Source: Myxococcota bacterium (GTDB taxonomy: Bacteria > Myxococcota_A > UBA796 > UBA9615 > JAKLKC01). Taken from it: a DNA stretch of 64,000 bases. The stretch is from contig JAKLKC010000038.1 of NCBI GenBank assembly GCA_023150875.1, positions 2,408-66,407 on the forward strand, in the 5' to 3' direction. The notes under the pieces are model-generated. The model saw nothing but the letters and a program-made list of their open reading frames with translations, was not told the DNA's origin and ran no database searches. Positions 49,482 to 59,561 of the stretch are shown here, one piece after another. Position numbers and translations under genes: made by a program. Each line of letters opens with the position of its first letter. Position 1 is the stretch's first letter.

Positions 49482-50471
49482 ATGTTCGACGGCGCTTCTG
49501 TCCTGGTCACCGGCGGCACCGGCAGCTTCGGCCGGCGCTTCGTGCGCATGCTGCTCGATCGCTACCGGCCCCGGCGGGTGATCGTCTTCAGCCGTGACGA
49601 GTTCAAGCAGCACGAGATGGCCGCGGGCTTCACCGATCCGGCGATGCGCTTCTTCATCGGTGACGTGCGGGACGAGCGTCGCCTGTGGCGCGCCCTGAAC
49701 GGCGTCGACTACGTCGTCCACGCCGCGGCCCTCAAGCACGTCCCCGCCGCCGAGTACAACCCCTCCGAGTTCGTGAAGACCAACATCCTCGGCTCCCAGA
49801 ACGTGGTGGACGCCTGCCTCGACCGGGGAGTCCGGCGGGTGGTGGCCCTGTCCACCGACAAGGCCTGCAACCCCATAAACCTGTACGGGGCGACGAAGCT
49901 CTGCGCCGACAAGCTCTTCGTCGCCGGGAACTCCTACCGGGGGGCCGAAGGGACCCGCTTCGCGGTGGTGAGGTATGGCAACGTGGTGGGCTCCCGCGGC
50001 AGCGTGATCCCCGCCTTCGCCGCCCAGAGGCCCACGGGACGCCTGACCATCACCGACCGCCGGATGACCCGCTTCTGGATCACCCTCGACGAGGCGGTGA
50101 GGCTCGTCTGGCGCGCGTTCGCCGACATGGAGGGCGGCGAGGTCTTCGTCCCCAAGATCCCCAGCATGCGCCTGGTGGACCTCGCCCACGCCGTCGCGCC
50201 GGAGTGCGAGCTGGTGGACACCGGGATCCGCCCCGGCGAGAAGCTCCACGAGGCGATGATCTCGCCCGACGACGCCCCCTACACGGTGGAGTACGACGAC
50301 TGCTACGTCATCCGCCCCGCCATCCACGCCTGGAGCCGCGACGAGGCCGGGCCCCGGGGCCGCCCCGTCCCCTCCGGCTTCACCTACACCTCGGACCTCA
50401 ACGACCGGTGGCTGGACGCGGAGGGGCTCCGGGCCCTGATCGAGGGGATGAAGCCGGGGGACGACGCTTGA
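49482..50471 (+). CDS. pseB: UDP-GlcNAc 4,6-dehydratase (inverting)
   Basis: TGGTGSFG, SRDEFKQ, HAAALKHVP, LSTDKACNPINLYGATK, RYGNVVGSRGSV, MTRFWITL. Confidence 0.93.
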   Translation: MFDGASVLVTGGTGSFGRRFVRMLLDRYRPRRVIVFSRDEFKQHEMAAGFTDPAMRFFIGDVRDERRLWRALNGVDYVVHAAALKHVPAAEYNPSEFVKTNILGSQNVVDACLDRGVRRVVALSTDKACNPINLYGATKLCADKLFVAGNSYRGAEGTRFAVVRYGNVVGSRGSVIPAFAAQRPTGRLTITDRRMTRFWITLDEAVRLVWRAFADMEGGEVFVPKIPSMRLVDLAHAVAPECELVDTGIRPGEKLHEAMISPDDAPYTVEYDDCYVIRPAIHAWSRDEAGPRGRPVPSGFTYTSDLNDRWLDAEGLRALIEGMKPGDDA

Positions 50472-51697
50472 GCGGGACGGGGTCACCGCCTCGGCGACCG
50501 GCCCTCGCGGGTTACGGCCGGCAGTGGATCGATGACGAGGACGTCGCGGCGGTGGTGGCCGCCCTCCGGTCGGACCACCTGACCCAGGGCCCGGCGGTGG
50601 AGGCGTTCGAGAGGGCCCTCGCCGAGCGCTGCGAGGTCCCCCACGCCGTCGCGGTGGCCAACGGCACGGCGGCCCTCCACCTGGCCTGCCTCGCCCTCGA
50701 CCTGCCGGCGGGCTCGGTGGGCATCACGTCGGCGCTGACGTTCGCCGCGTCCGCCAACGCCATGGAGCTCTCGGGGCTGGTGGCGGACTTCTCGGACGTC
50801 GATCCCTTGTCCTCGTGCATGGACGCCCTCACCCTGGAGGCCGCCCTCGCGCGGCTGCCCGAGGGGAGGGCGCGCCTGGTCGTCCCCGTCCACTTCGCCG
50901 GCCACCCCTGCCCCATGGACGAGATCGCCGCCGTGGCGTCGGCCCGCGGCCTGCGGGTGATCGAGGACGCCTGCCACGCCCTGGGGGCGGACCACCCCGA
51001 CGGCCGGGGAGGGAGGCTCCCCGTGGGCTCCTGCGCCCACGCCGACCTGGCGGTGCTGAGCTTCCACCCGGTCAAGCACGTCACCAGCGGCGAGGGCGGG
51101 GCGGTCCTCACCCGGGACGCCGCCCTGGCGGAGCGCCTGCGGGCCCTGCGCAGCCACGGGATGGAGGGTCGGCCCGAGAGGCTGAAGGTCCCCGAGGAGG
51201 CCTTCGACCCCGCCACGGGCGAGAAGAACGCCTGGTACCACGAGATGCACTCCCTGGGTCTCAACTACCGCCTGACCGATCTTCAGGCCGCCCTGGGCGC
51301 CAGCCAGCTCCGCAAGCTGCCCCGGTTCCTCCAGAAGCGGCGCGCCCTGGCCGCCCGTTACGCGGAGCGCCTCGCGCCCCTGCCCTTCGCGCGGCTCCCC
51401 ACCACCCGGGAGGGCTACGGGCACGCCTGGCACCTGTACGTGGTGGGCCTCGACTTCGACGCCCTGGGGCTGACCCGTCACCAGGTGATGGTCCACCTCC
51501 GGGAGCGGGGGATCGGCACCCAGGTCCATTACCTTCCGGTGCCTTTCCACCCCTACTACCGGGACCGCTGCGCCGGGCGCGCGTGGCCCGAGGCGGAAGC
51601 CGCCTATCGCCGCTGCCTCTCCCTGCCCCTCCACCCCGGCATGGACGCTTCGGATGTCGACGCCGTCGCGGACGCCCTGGAGGAGCTGGGCCGGTGA
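50468..51697 (+). CDS. pseC: UDP-4-amino-4,6-dideoxy-AltNAc transaminase
   Basis: YGRQWID, LTQGP, EDACHALG, SFHPVKHVTSGEGG, GTQVHY. Confidence 0.88.
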   Translation: MSGTGSPPRRPALAGYGRQWIDDEDVAAVVAALRSDHLTQGPAVEAFERALAERCEVPHAVAVANGTAALHLACLALDLPAGSVGITSALTFAASANAMELSGLVADFSDVDPLSSCMDALTLEAALARLPEGRARLVVPVHFAGHPCPMDEIAAVASARGLRVIEDACHALGADHPDGRGGRLPVGSCAHADLAVLSFHPVKHVTSGEGGAVLTRDAALAERLRALRSHGMEGRPERLKVPEEAFDPATGEKNAWYHEMHSLGLNYRLTDLQAALGASQLRKLPRFLQKRRALAARYAERLAPLPFARLPTTREGYGHAWHLYVVGLDFDALGLTRHQVMVHLRERGIGTQVHYLPVPFHPYYRDRCAGRAWPEAEAAYRRCLSLPLHPGMDASDVDAVADALEELGR

Positions 51698-52473
51698 GCG
51701 GACCCGGGGATCCCCTCGGCGCGCGCCCTCCCCCGGCCCGGGACGTCGTGGTGATAGTGCAGGCCCGCATGGGCAGCACCCGCCTCCCCGGGAAGGTGCT
51801 GGAGGACGTCGGGGGCCGGCCGATGCTCCACCGGGTGATGGAGCGGGTGGCCCGGGCGAGGCTCCCGGCGAGGTGCGGGATCGCCACCACCACCCATCCC
51901 CGGGACGACGCCGTGGCCGCCGCGGCCCGGGACCTGGGGGTGGGGCTGTTCCGAGGCTCCGAGGACGACGTGCTGGCCCGCTACCTCGGCGCCGCCGGGG
52001 CGTTCGCCGCCGGGGCCGTGGTGCGGGTGACGGCGGACTGCCCCCTGGTGGACCCCGGGATCCTGGACCGGGTCGTGGAGAGGCTCGGCGTCGGGGACGT
52101 CGACTACGCCTCCAACACCCTGGAGAGGGCCTGGCCCCGGGGCCTGGACGTCGAGGCGTTCACGGTGGAGGCCCTGGAGCGGGCGGCCCGGGAGGCCCCC
52201 CCCGGGCCCGATCGCGAGCACGTCACCCTGTGGATGTACCGCCACCCCGGCGCCTTCCGCCTCGCGGGGATCCCCGCCGACGGGGACCACGCCCACCACC
52301 GCTGGACCGTCGACACCGCCGAGGACCTGGAGCTGGTCCGAAGGATCTACGCCCGCCTGGGTCCGGACGGCCTCTTCGGCTGGAGGGGGGCCCTGGCCCT
52401 GGTGGAGTCGGATCCGTCCCTGCCGGCGATCAACGCCGCCGTGCTCCAGAAGGGGATCGGTCCGCTCCCGTGA
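51694..52473 (+). CDS. cytidylyltransferase, SpsF/PseF-like (CMP-nonulosonate synthetase)
   Basis: QARMGSTRLPGKV, RGSEDDVL, RVTADCP, REHVT, RWTVDTAED. Confidence 0.85.
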   Translation: MSGPGDPLGARPPPARDVVVIVQARMGSTRLPGKVLEDVGGRPMLHRVMERVARARLPARCGIATTTHPRDDAVAAAARDLGVGLFRGSEDDVLARYLGAAGAFAAGAVVRVTADCPLVDPGILDRVVERLGVGDVDYASNTLERAWPRGLDVEAFTVEALERAAREAPPGPDREHVTLWMYRHPGAFRLAGIPADGDHAHHRWTVDTAEDLELVRRIYARLGPDGLFGWRGALALVESDPSLPAINAAVLQKGIGPLP

Positions 52474-53546
52474 AGGATCCGGCCCCCTTCCCTGCCCTGC
52501 TGGTCCGCGCCGACGCCGGGCCCGGGATCGGCGCGGGCCACGTGATGCGCGGCCTCGCCCTGGGGCAGGCGTGGGCGGACGCCGGGGGGAGGGTGGAGTT
52601 CCTGACCCGCCCGGGGGTGCCGGAGCTGGAGGCCCGCCTCCGGGGCGAGGGCTTCGGGGTGCACCCCTGCGAGGTCGCGCCGGGACGGGACGACGCGGCC
52701 CTGACCGGCGAGCTGGCCCTCCGCCTGGGGGCGGGCTGGGTGGCGGCGGACGGCTACGCCTTCGATGCCCCCTGGCAGGAGGCGGTCCGGGCCTCGGGGG
52801 CGAGGCTCCTGGTGGTCGACGACTACGGCCACGCCGGAGAGTGGCCGGCGGAGGTCGTGCTGAACCCGAACCTGGGGGCGGATCCCGCCCGCTACGGGAG
52901 GCGCGCCCCGCACACCCGGCTCCTGCTGGGACCGCGCTTCGCGCTCCTGCGGCGGGAGTTCCTCGCCCGAAGGGGCGATGCCGCCCGGGATCGGTCGGCG
53001 GGTCGCCGCCTGCTGGTGACCCTGGGGGGGAGCGATCCCGCGGACGCGACCTCGCGGGTGCTGGACGCCCTGGACCTCCTCCCCCCGGGGGAGCTGGAGA
53101 CGACGGTGGTGCTGGGGGCCGCCCACCCGAGGCGGGAGGTCCTGCGGGCGAGGCTGGCGGCGGCCGGGATCCGAGGGGTGGAGGCCACCGACGACATGGC
53201 CGGGCTCATGGCGTGGGCGGACATGGCAGTGTCGGCGGGGGGGAGCACCTGCTGGGAGCTCGCATTCATGGGGGTCCCGGCGCTGGTCCTGGTGGTCGCT
53301 GACAACCAGCGGGGCGCCACCCGGGCCCTCCACGCCGCGGGCTGCGTCGAGTCCCTGGGCGAGGCGCCGGCCTGGGCGGGGCGGCCCGCCGTGGTCGCCG
53401 GGGCGCTGCGCTCCCTGGTGGGGGACGGGGCGAGGCGGCGGAGCATGGCGGAGCGCCTGCGGGCGCTGGTGGACGGGCGAGGGGCGGAGAGGGTGGTGGG
53501 GGCGATGGTGGAGTGGTCGAACGAGGTGGCGCGGCCGCGGGACTGA
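52470..53546 (+). CDS. pseG: UDP-2,4-diacylamido-trideoxy-altrose hydrolase
   Basis: RADAGPGIGAGHVMR, LGGSD, SAGGSTCWE, ADNQ, VDGRGAERV. Confidence 0.88.
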   Translation: MKDPAPFPALLVRADAGPGIGAGHVMRGLALGQAWADAGGRVEFLTRPGVPELEARLRGEGFGVHPCEVAPGRDDAALTGELALRLGAGWVAADGYAFDAPWQEAVRASGARLLVVDDYGHAGEWPAEVVLNPNLGADPARYGRRAPHTRLLLGPRFALLRREFLARRGDAARDRSAGRRLLVTLGGSDPADATSRVLDALDLLPPGELETTVVLGAAHPRREVLRARLAAAGIRGVEATDDMAGLMAWADMAVSAGGSTCWELAFMGVPALVLVVADNQRGATRALHAAGCVESLGEAPAWAGRPAVVAGALRSLVGDGARRRSMAERLRALVDGRGAERVVGAMVEWSNEVARPRD

Positions 53547-53650
53547 ACCCGGGCGGGGCGGGGGTCACCGCCTCGGTTGCGCCTGCCCCGGGCCTGGAAC
53601 ACCATGGGGACCTTCGACGCACCCGATCCCCGGGCGCTGGAGATCCCTCC

Positions 53651-54706
53651 TTGCCCCCCCTCTCGATCCCCATTGGCTCAAGGCTCGTGGGTCCTGGTCA
53701 TCCGACCTTCGTGGTGGCGGAGATCTCCGCGAACCATGGGCACGACTACGATCGGGCGGCGCGACTCGTCGAGGCCGCGGCGAGAGCGGGCGCCGACGCG
53801 GTCAAGCTCCAGACCTACACCCCCGACACGCTGACCATCGACTGCGATGGCCCGGTGTTCCGGGTGGGCACCACCAATGCGTGGCAGGGGCGGACCCTCT
53901 ACGACCTGTATTCCGAGGCGTACACGCCGTGGGAGTGGCACCCTCGCCTGAAGGGGGTCGCGGACGACCTGGGGATCCCCCTCTTCTCGACGCCCTTCGA
54001 CCTGACTGCCCTGGAGTTCCTGGAGGATCTCGGGGTGCCTGCCCACAAGATCGCCTCCTTCGAGATCGTCGACCTGGAGCTCGTCGAGGCCATCGCCCGC
54101 AAGGGGCGGCCGGTGATCGCGTCGACGGGGATGGCCTCCCTCGGAGAGATCGACGCCCTGGTCTCCACGGTGAGGGGGGCGGGCTCCCCTCCCCTGGCGC
54201 TGCTCCACTGCATCAGCGCCTATCCCGCGGATCCCGCCCGGATGAACCTGGCGACGATCCCCCACCTGGCCCAGGCGTTCGGCGTCGTCGCGGGGCTGTC
54301 GGACCATTCCCTGAGCGACACGGCCGCCATCCTCGCGGTGGGCTTGGGAGCGTCCATCGTCGAGAAGCACTTCACGCTGGCGCGGGCCGACGGCGGACCG
54401 GACGCGTTCTTCTCCATCGAGCCTCCCGAGCTGGCGCGGCTGGTCGCGGCGATCCGGGAAGCCGAGAGGGCCGTCGGGAGCGCGACCTTCGAGCGGAGCG
54501 CCGAGGAGCGACGGAACGACTGCTTCCGGCGCTCCCTGTTCGCGGTCGCCGACATCGGGGTGGGAGACAAGCTCGGACGCGACAACGTCCGCAGCATCCG
54601 CCCCGGGGCGGGCCTCCCGCCGCGCTTCCTCCCCCTCGTCCTGGGGCGCAAGGCCCGGGTCGCCATACCCCGGGGCACGCCCCTGGCTTGGGATCTCCTG
54701 GAGTGA
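53651..54706 (+). CDS. pseI: pseudaminic acid synthase
   Basis: AEISANH, KLQTYTPDT, TPWEWH, KIASFE, SDH, EKHFT, RRSLF...IRPG. Start uncertain. Confidence 0.9.
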   Translation: MPPLSIPIGSRLVGPGHPTFVVAEISANHGHDYDRAARLVEAAARAGADAVKLQTYTPDTLTIDCDGPVFRVGTTNAWQGRTLYDLYSEAYTPWEWHPRLKGVADDLGIPLFSTPFDLTALEFLEDLGVPAHKIASFEIVDLELVEAIARKGRPVIASTGMASLGEIDALVSTVRGAGSPPLALLHCISAYPADPARMNLATIPHLAQAFGVVAGLSDHSLSDTAAILAVGLGASIVEKHFTLARADGGPDAFFSIEPPELARLVAAIREAERAVGSATFERSAEERRNDCFRRSLFAVADIGVGDKLGRDNVRSIRPGAGLPPRFLPLVLGRKARVAIPRGTPLAWDLLE

Positions 54707-55314
54707 CCGGCGGATCCGGTCGAAGCGGCGGGACGGTGCTGTTCCTCGGCCCCTCCGACTCCCCCGTGGTGGACTACTTGCGGGAGGAGGGGGCCCACGT
54801 CACCTGCCGGTCCGACCGGATCGACGCCGCGCAGGTGCAGGCCCTGGCTCCCGACTTCATCGTCAGCTACGGCTACCGCCACATCGTCCGCCCGGACGTG
54901 CTCTCCCTGCTGCGGGATCGGTGCGTGAACCTCCACGTCTCCCTCCTGCCCTGGAACCGTGGCGCGGACCCGAACCTGTGGAGCTTCGTCGAGGGGACGC
55001 CCTCGGGGGTGACCATCCACCACATGGACGCCGGGCTCGACACGGGGGACGTCATCGCCCAGAGGCGCGTGGGCATCCCCGAGGACGCGACCCTCAGGAC
55101 GAGCTACGACCAGCTCCAGCGGGAGGTCCAGTCCCTCTTCCGCCAGCTCTGGCCCGCGATCCGGGAAGGTCGCGCTCCCCGCCGACCCCAGGAGGGTCCG
55201 GGGAGCGCCCACCGCGTCCGCGACCGCGCCCGGATCGAACATCTCCTCGGGCTTGGCTGGGACACCCCGGTCGCCCTCTTGCGCGCCGCGACCGCGCCAG
55301 AACCGCCGACTTGA
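54703..55314 (+). CDS. N10-formyl-THF-dependent formyltransferase
   Basis: SYGYRHIV, NLHVSLLPWNRGADPN, GVTIHHMDAGLDTGD. GTGA coupling to pseI. Confidence 0.85.
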   Translation: MTGGSGRSGGTVLFLGPSDSPVVDYLREEGAHVTCRSDRIDAAQVQALAPDFIVSYGYRHIVRPDVLSLLRDRCVNLHVSLLPWNRGADPNLWSFVEGTPSGVTIHHMDAGLDTGDVIAQRRVGIPEDATLRTSYDQLQREVQSLFRQLWPAIREGRAPRRPQEGPGSAHRVRDRARIEHLLGLGWDTPVALLRAATAPEPPT

Positions 55315-55481
55315 GCTACTCCCGCGCCAGAAATGGCCCCCCGTCGAGGATCCCGTCGCAGATCGCGTCCAGGATACGGTTCCGGCCCGGGGCGAGGTCG
55401 GTGACGGAGCGGTAGTCCTGCGGGCCTGCGCCCCAGCACGACAGGATGAGGAGCGGCCCGGCGTCACCCTCGGCGGTCGGA

Positions 55482-56441
55482 TCAGCGCCCCTGCCGCCTC
55501 GCCCAGCGCACTCGGCGCCTGTCAGCTCCGACCACGGAGGCTCCAGTAGACATGGCGACGGTTCGGGCCTCGCGGCCCCACATCCAGACCCTGTCCAGCA
55601 CTCTCCTGGTGGCCCGCTCGGCATGAATCACGCGAGGATCTCGGTCCCACCCCAAGACGACTTTGAGATCTTGAGGGGATCGCCGGAACTCCGACCCCAA
55701 CTCGGCCTCGCCGACCGCACGGTGGCAGCGATCACCGAACCGGTCATAGTGCAGTATGGAGCAACGCCCCTCCTGAATCGCCACGAGTCCCGCCCGAGCC
55801 GCTTCGCCCGCATCCGAGGCATACATCGGAGTCCCCCAGAGAAACATCTTACGGGACAGGTACAGCGCGTAGAATGCGACCGTCCCCACGACATTCGTCG
55901 TGACGTACTCGTGACGAGAGAGGTTGCGACACAAGTTGTCCAGGAACGCGGGGTTGGCGTCACGGTGACCGTTCGTCACGATGGGGTATCCCGCGTCCTC
56001 GTAGAGGGCGCGGATCTCCGCATCCTGATACTCCAACCAGTAGAGGCACACCGTGACGCGCGAAAACCTGTGCCGGATCAGGTCCAGGGATCGTAGATAG
56101 CCGCGCATGTCCCCCACTAGGGGACCTCTCTCCCACCCGTGGGCTGGACAGGCGAGCAAGGACCCGGGAACGGGATCCTCGAGGGGCGCGTCATGGTAGA
56201 GCAGGGGGGCGCCGATGGGGACGGCGGGGAGCGCAGTCTTCCGGCGGGCCGCTTCCTGGTTGAAACGACTCCACACGAACACCCGGGGGCGGATCGGGCG
56301 CCGGTGATCGGACGTGATGGGGAACCCGCAGTCCCAGTTCCACCCGTGCTGCAGCTCGCCGCAGATCGGTCGCGGGGCGGTGAGCCCGCAATAGCGAGCG
56401 AGGATCCGGTCATGCCCGTATAGGTGATTGGAGGCCAGCAT
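55482..56441 (-). CDS. hypothetical protein in glycan locus (possible glycosyltransferase)
   Basis: Lower-GC ORF with a globular-looking sequence, GELQHGW and IGAP motifs. Own promoter upstream. Confidence 0.65.
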   Translation of the reverse strand: MLASNHLYGHDRILARYCGLTAPRPICGELQHGWNWDCGFPITSDHRRPIRPRVFVWSRFNQEAARRKTALPAVPIGAPLLYHDAPLEDPVPGSLLACPAHGWERGPLVGDMRGYLRSLDLIRHRFSRVTVCLYWLEYQDAEIRALYEDAGYPIVTNGHRDANPAFLDNLCRNLSRHEYVTTNVVGTVAFYALYLSRKMFLWGTPMYASDAGEAARAGLVAIQEGRCSILHYDRFGDRCHRAVGEAELGSEFRRSPQDLKVVLGWDRDPRVIHAERATRRVLDRVWMWGREARTVAMSTGASVVGADRRRVRWARRQGR

Positions 56442-56458
56442 GAGTCACGACTTGCGGG

Positions 56459-56488
56459 AGATTACGGCATCGCCGCGGCACTTGTCAA
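56459..56488 (-). promoter_or_regulatory. putative sigma70 promoter TTGACA-N18-TAATCT
   Basis: Read on the minus strand, ending 17 nt before the ATG at 56441. Confidence 0.55.
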
Positions 56489-56955
56489 TCGCGGGGGCGA
56501 TGTGGCAGGGTGCAGAGCCTTGCTCGCCGCCCACCCACGCGCCGCCCGCCCGCCAAGGATCTCGAGGGGCCCTGCCCCACGGTTGCACTCGGGTTTCGCG
56601 GTCCAGACCTGCTGCGGTCTGCCCTCGCCGGCCACGGGGGCGTCGCGGTGCCGGACGTCTTGGGCGATGTGGGTCAACCACCCCTCCCGCGAAGTCCGGC
56701 CCTGCTCCCTTCCGGGGCTCAGCCAGTCCTGGATCTCGCGACGGCCCGAAGGGCGATACCCGAGCCTGCGGGGAGCACGTCCTCTTTGGGGAGATGGTGC
56801 AGGACGGATCGGGTGGGCGGGACCGTCCCGGGTACTCGAGAGGAAGCAGCTCTGACCCGGCGAAGCCAGGGCGGCGCCGGTGCTACCCTTGACACTTGTT
56901 CGGGTTCGTGACAATTCGGGGCCGGCGCCCACCGGCCACCTCCAGGGGCTCCTCC

Positions 56956-58503
56956 ATGCAACCCCCCGCGCCTATTGGCGAACACCCGGTCTCGCGCGAG
57001 TGGGAGGGGTCCTCGGCCCAGCCCCCTTCCGCCCACGGCGGTGCCTCCGTCCCGAGCATCGCCCGAATCGGCCGAAATGCGAGCATACTGGTGGTGGGCG
57101 AATTCGGGCTTCAGGCCCTCTCCTTCCTCGCGACGCCCCTGTTCACTGTGTACCTGGCTCCGGGCGAGTACGGCCGGTGGGCGCTAGGGTCCATGCTCCT
57201 CGGCGCCCTGGCGTGCCTGTACAACCCCGCCCTCCATGGGGCCGTGACGCGCTACTACTTCATCCTTGACGAGCCGTCGGAACGGCGACGGTTCCTGGGC
57301 ACCATCCAGACCTTCCTGGTCGTCTGGGGTCTGGGGCTAAGCATCGTTCTGATGCTGGCGGGGCCATGGCTCGCTCCTCACGTCTTCGGCGAAGATCTCC
57401 CATTCTGGCCTTACGGGGCCCTCATCGTCTGGACGGGCTTTCTAGGAGTCCTGGGCGTCGTGCCCCGGGCTGTCTGGGCCGCTGCGGAGATGCCGAAGGC
57501 ACTGGTAGCGGTCGGTGCCCTGGGTACCACCGCCTACCTCGGACTCGCCGTGTCCCTCGTGGCCGTTGCAGGAGCCGGGGTCGATGGCCTGTTCTGGGCG
57601 CGACTCGCCTCGTCCGGAATCGTGTCCTTGGCGTTCCTCGCGTTCGCTCGGCGGCACACCGGCCTTGCGTGGGACCGGGGAATGCTTCGGGACGCACTCA
57701 CCTTCAGCCTGCCGCTCTTCCCCCACCTGCTGGCGCTGTGGGCGCTCGCGCTCTCCGACCGCTTCATCCTTTCGCGAATGCTCGACGTCGGGTCCGTGGG
57801 CGTCTACATGTTGGGCTATGTTTTCCTGGACGCGGCGAACCTCGTGACGGGAGCGTTGAACGGCGCGTGGGTACCCCAGTTCACGCGAGCCCACGGTGTC
57901 CCGTCTCTCGCTCCGTTCGTCGCCCGATCAGTCACATGGTTCATGGTGGCGGTCGTCGGCGTGGTCCTTGCGGGCGTAGTTCTCTCCCCGACGATTGTCC
58001 GGCTGCTCTTCGACGAGCGATATCACGCCGCGGCTCCGATCTCGGCGATCCTCGTCGTCGGCGCCCTGTTCCAGGGTCTCTATCTCCTGGGGGTCGCCGT
58101 CCTCTTCTTTCATCGGCGCAACGCGGCGGTACCCGTGGTCACCACTGCGGCCGCGCTCGTCAACGTGGGGCTCAATGTCTGGTGGATCCCGAAATGGGGC
58201 CTCCCAGGAGCGGCGTGGGCAACGGTCGTGGGCTACTCCGTGCTGGCCGCAGGCGTGTGGGCTGTAGCCCGCCGCTTCGGGGGCCTTCCGGTGGAGCGGG
58301 GGAGGGTGGCCGCGCTCCTCACCGTGGGTACCCTCGCGGGATCCATGGGGACTGAGCTGGATGGCACTTACGGGACCTGGACCGAGGTCGCGGTGAAGGT
58401 CGCCCTCTTGTCTTTGAGCATCTCGCTCCTCGTCGCCACCGCGCTCTGGCGCCGACAGGACCGGGCGATCGTGCGAGCCACCCCGGGACAGCCTCGGCCC
58501 TGA
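56956..58503 (+). CDS. Wzx-type oligosaccharide flippase
   Basis: Multiple TM segments. TVYLAPGEYG, FSLPL, SDRFIL, VGVY, NVGLN..IP.WG..GAAWAT. Confidence 0.88.
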   Translation: MQPPAPIGEHPVSREWEGSSAQPPSAHGGASVPSIARIGRNASILVVGEFGLQALSFLATPLFTVYLAPGEYGRWALGSMLLGALACLYNPALHGAVTRYYFILDEPSERRRFLGTIQTFLVVWGLGLSIVLMLAGPWLAPHVFGEDLPFWPYGALIVWTGFLGVLGVVPRAVWAAAEMPKALVAVGALGTTAYLGLAVSLVAVAGAGVDGLFWARLASSGIVSLAFLAFARRHTGLAWDRGMLRDALTFSLPLFPHLLALWALALSDRFILSRMLDVGSVGVYMLGYVFLDAANLVTGALNGAWVPQFTRAHGVPSLAPFVARSVTWFMVAVVGVVLAGVVLSPTIVRLLFDERYHAAAPISAILVVGALFQGLYLLGVAVLFFHRRNAAVPVVTTAAALVNVGLNVWWIPKWGLPGAAWATVVGYSVLAAGVWAVARRFGGLPVERGRVAALLTVGTLAGSMGTELDGTYGTWTEVAVKVALLSLSISLLVATALWRRQDRAIVRATPGQPRP

Positions 58504-58562
58504 CGGACGGTGGACCTCCGCCTGCCCTCCCAGCTCTCGACGGCGTGACTTTGACGGGGACC

Positions 58563-59561
58563 ATGGCCTCGGCTAGGCTCGCAGTCGTGAGCCGTCGTCC
58601 GGCAGCCTCCGTCATCATCGCCACCCTCGACCGACCTGCCCTCCTCGCCGCGTGCCTGGACTCTCTCGACGAGCACGGGGGCAATCTCGATCGGGAGGTG
58701 ATCGTCGTCGACCAGTCCCGGGCCGACGCCACCGAGGCGGTGTGCCGCGGGCGCCCTGGGGTGCGGTACGCGCGGTCGGAACGCCTCGGGATCTCCCACA
58801 ATCGAAACCTGGGCGCACGGATGGGTAACGCGCCTTGGATCGTCTTCGCAGACGACGACGGGCGGTGTGCGCCTGGGTGGGGCGCGGCGACGGAGGGGTG
58901 GATACGAGGGGACGGGTCGCCCGACCTCGTGGTCGGGCGCGTCCTCTGCCAGGTCTCGGGGAGGCCGCTCGCGGCAGCCGCCGGCCCCGAGTCCTTCCTA
59001 CTCGACGGCGAACGCTACTGGGCCGCAAACGGCGCATCCCTGGCCATCCGCCGCTCCCTATTCGAGCGGCTCGGTGGGCTCGACGAGAGGCTCGGGGCCG
59101 GCACGCGGTGGGGCGCGGGGGAAGACCATGACTTGGTGCTCCGAGCGCTCGCGGTGGGGGCAAAGGCCATTTATGATCCGCAGGTGGTCGTCCTCCACCC
59201 GCCGCCGGCATCCCGGGCTGACCGGAGCGCCCGGCGCAAGCAGTTCCTCTACTCCGTGGGTTCCGGGGCGATGTACCGCAAGAGCCTGCCCGGGCCCCTC
59301 GGTCCCGCGCTGGCGCCGCGGGCGCGGAGGATCTTCCTGGGACCACCGTTCGATTACGTGCGGGACGGCTTCCGAGGCGTCCCGGGGGCCTCGACCCACC
59401 TCGTGATGCTCGCGGGCCGATGGATGGGGCTCGTCGCGTTTCCTGGACCGGGAGGACGGGCTGCGGCTCCGGCGCCTCCGGCGGTCCCGGATGCGGAGTC
59501 GGACGTCGGCCTGGTTCGGGCGTTGGCCCGCCTCCTTCCCTGGCCCGCGCGACCGCGATGA
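58563..59561 (+). CDS. GT2 glycosyltransferase
   Basis: SVIIAT, VIVVDQS, RNLG, FADDD, GGLDERLG, GEDHD. Confidence 0.85.
   Translation: MASARLAVVSRRPAASVIIATLDRPALLAACLDSLDEHGGNLDREVIVVDQSRADATEAVCRGRPGVRYARSERLGISHNRNLGARMGNAPWIVFADDDGRCAPGWGAATEGWIRGDGSPDLVVGRVLCQVSGRPLAAAAGPESFLLDGERYWAANGASLAIRRSLFERLGGLDERLGAGTRWGAGEDHDLVLRALAVGAKAIYDPQVVVLHPPPASRADRSARRKQFLYSVGSGAMYRKSLPGPLGPALAPRARRIFLGPPFDYVRDGFRGVPGASTHLVMLAGRWMGLVAFPGPGGRAAAPAPPAVPDAESDVGLVRALARLLPWPARPR

Noticed and set aside
44509-50486. Track ORFs of 1610 aa and 755 aa suggesting larger fusions
   Set aside because: The upstream extensions are off-frame or antisense to the OmpA gene and pseB. Signal peptides define the starts at 48219 and 49262.
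56820-56860. GGAAGCAGC resembling SRP RNA domain IV
   Set aside because: Lacks the CAGG-N-CC-GNRA context and a long enclosing helix.
56510-56911. RGPDLLRSALA resembling a Fic/Doc N-terminus
   Set aside because: No HPFxDGNKR motif in any frame. The similarity is too short.
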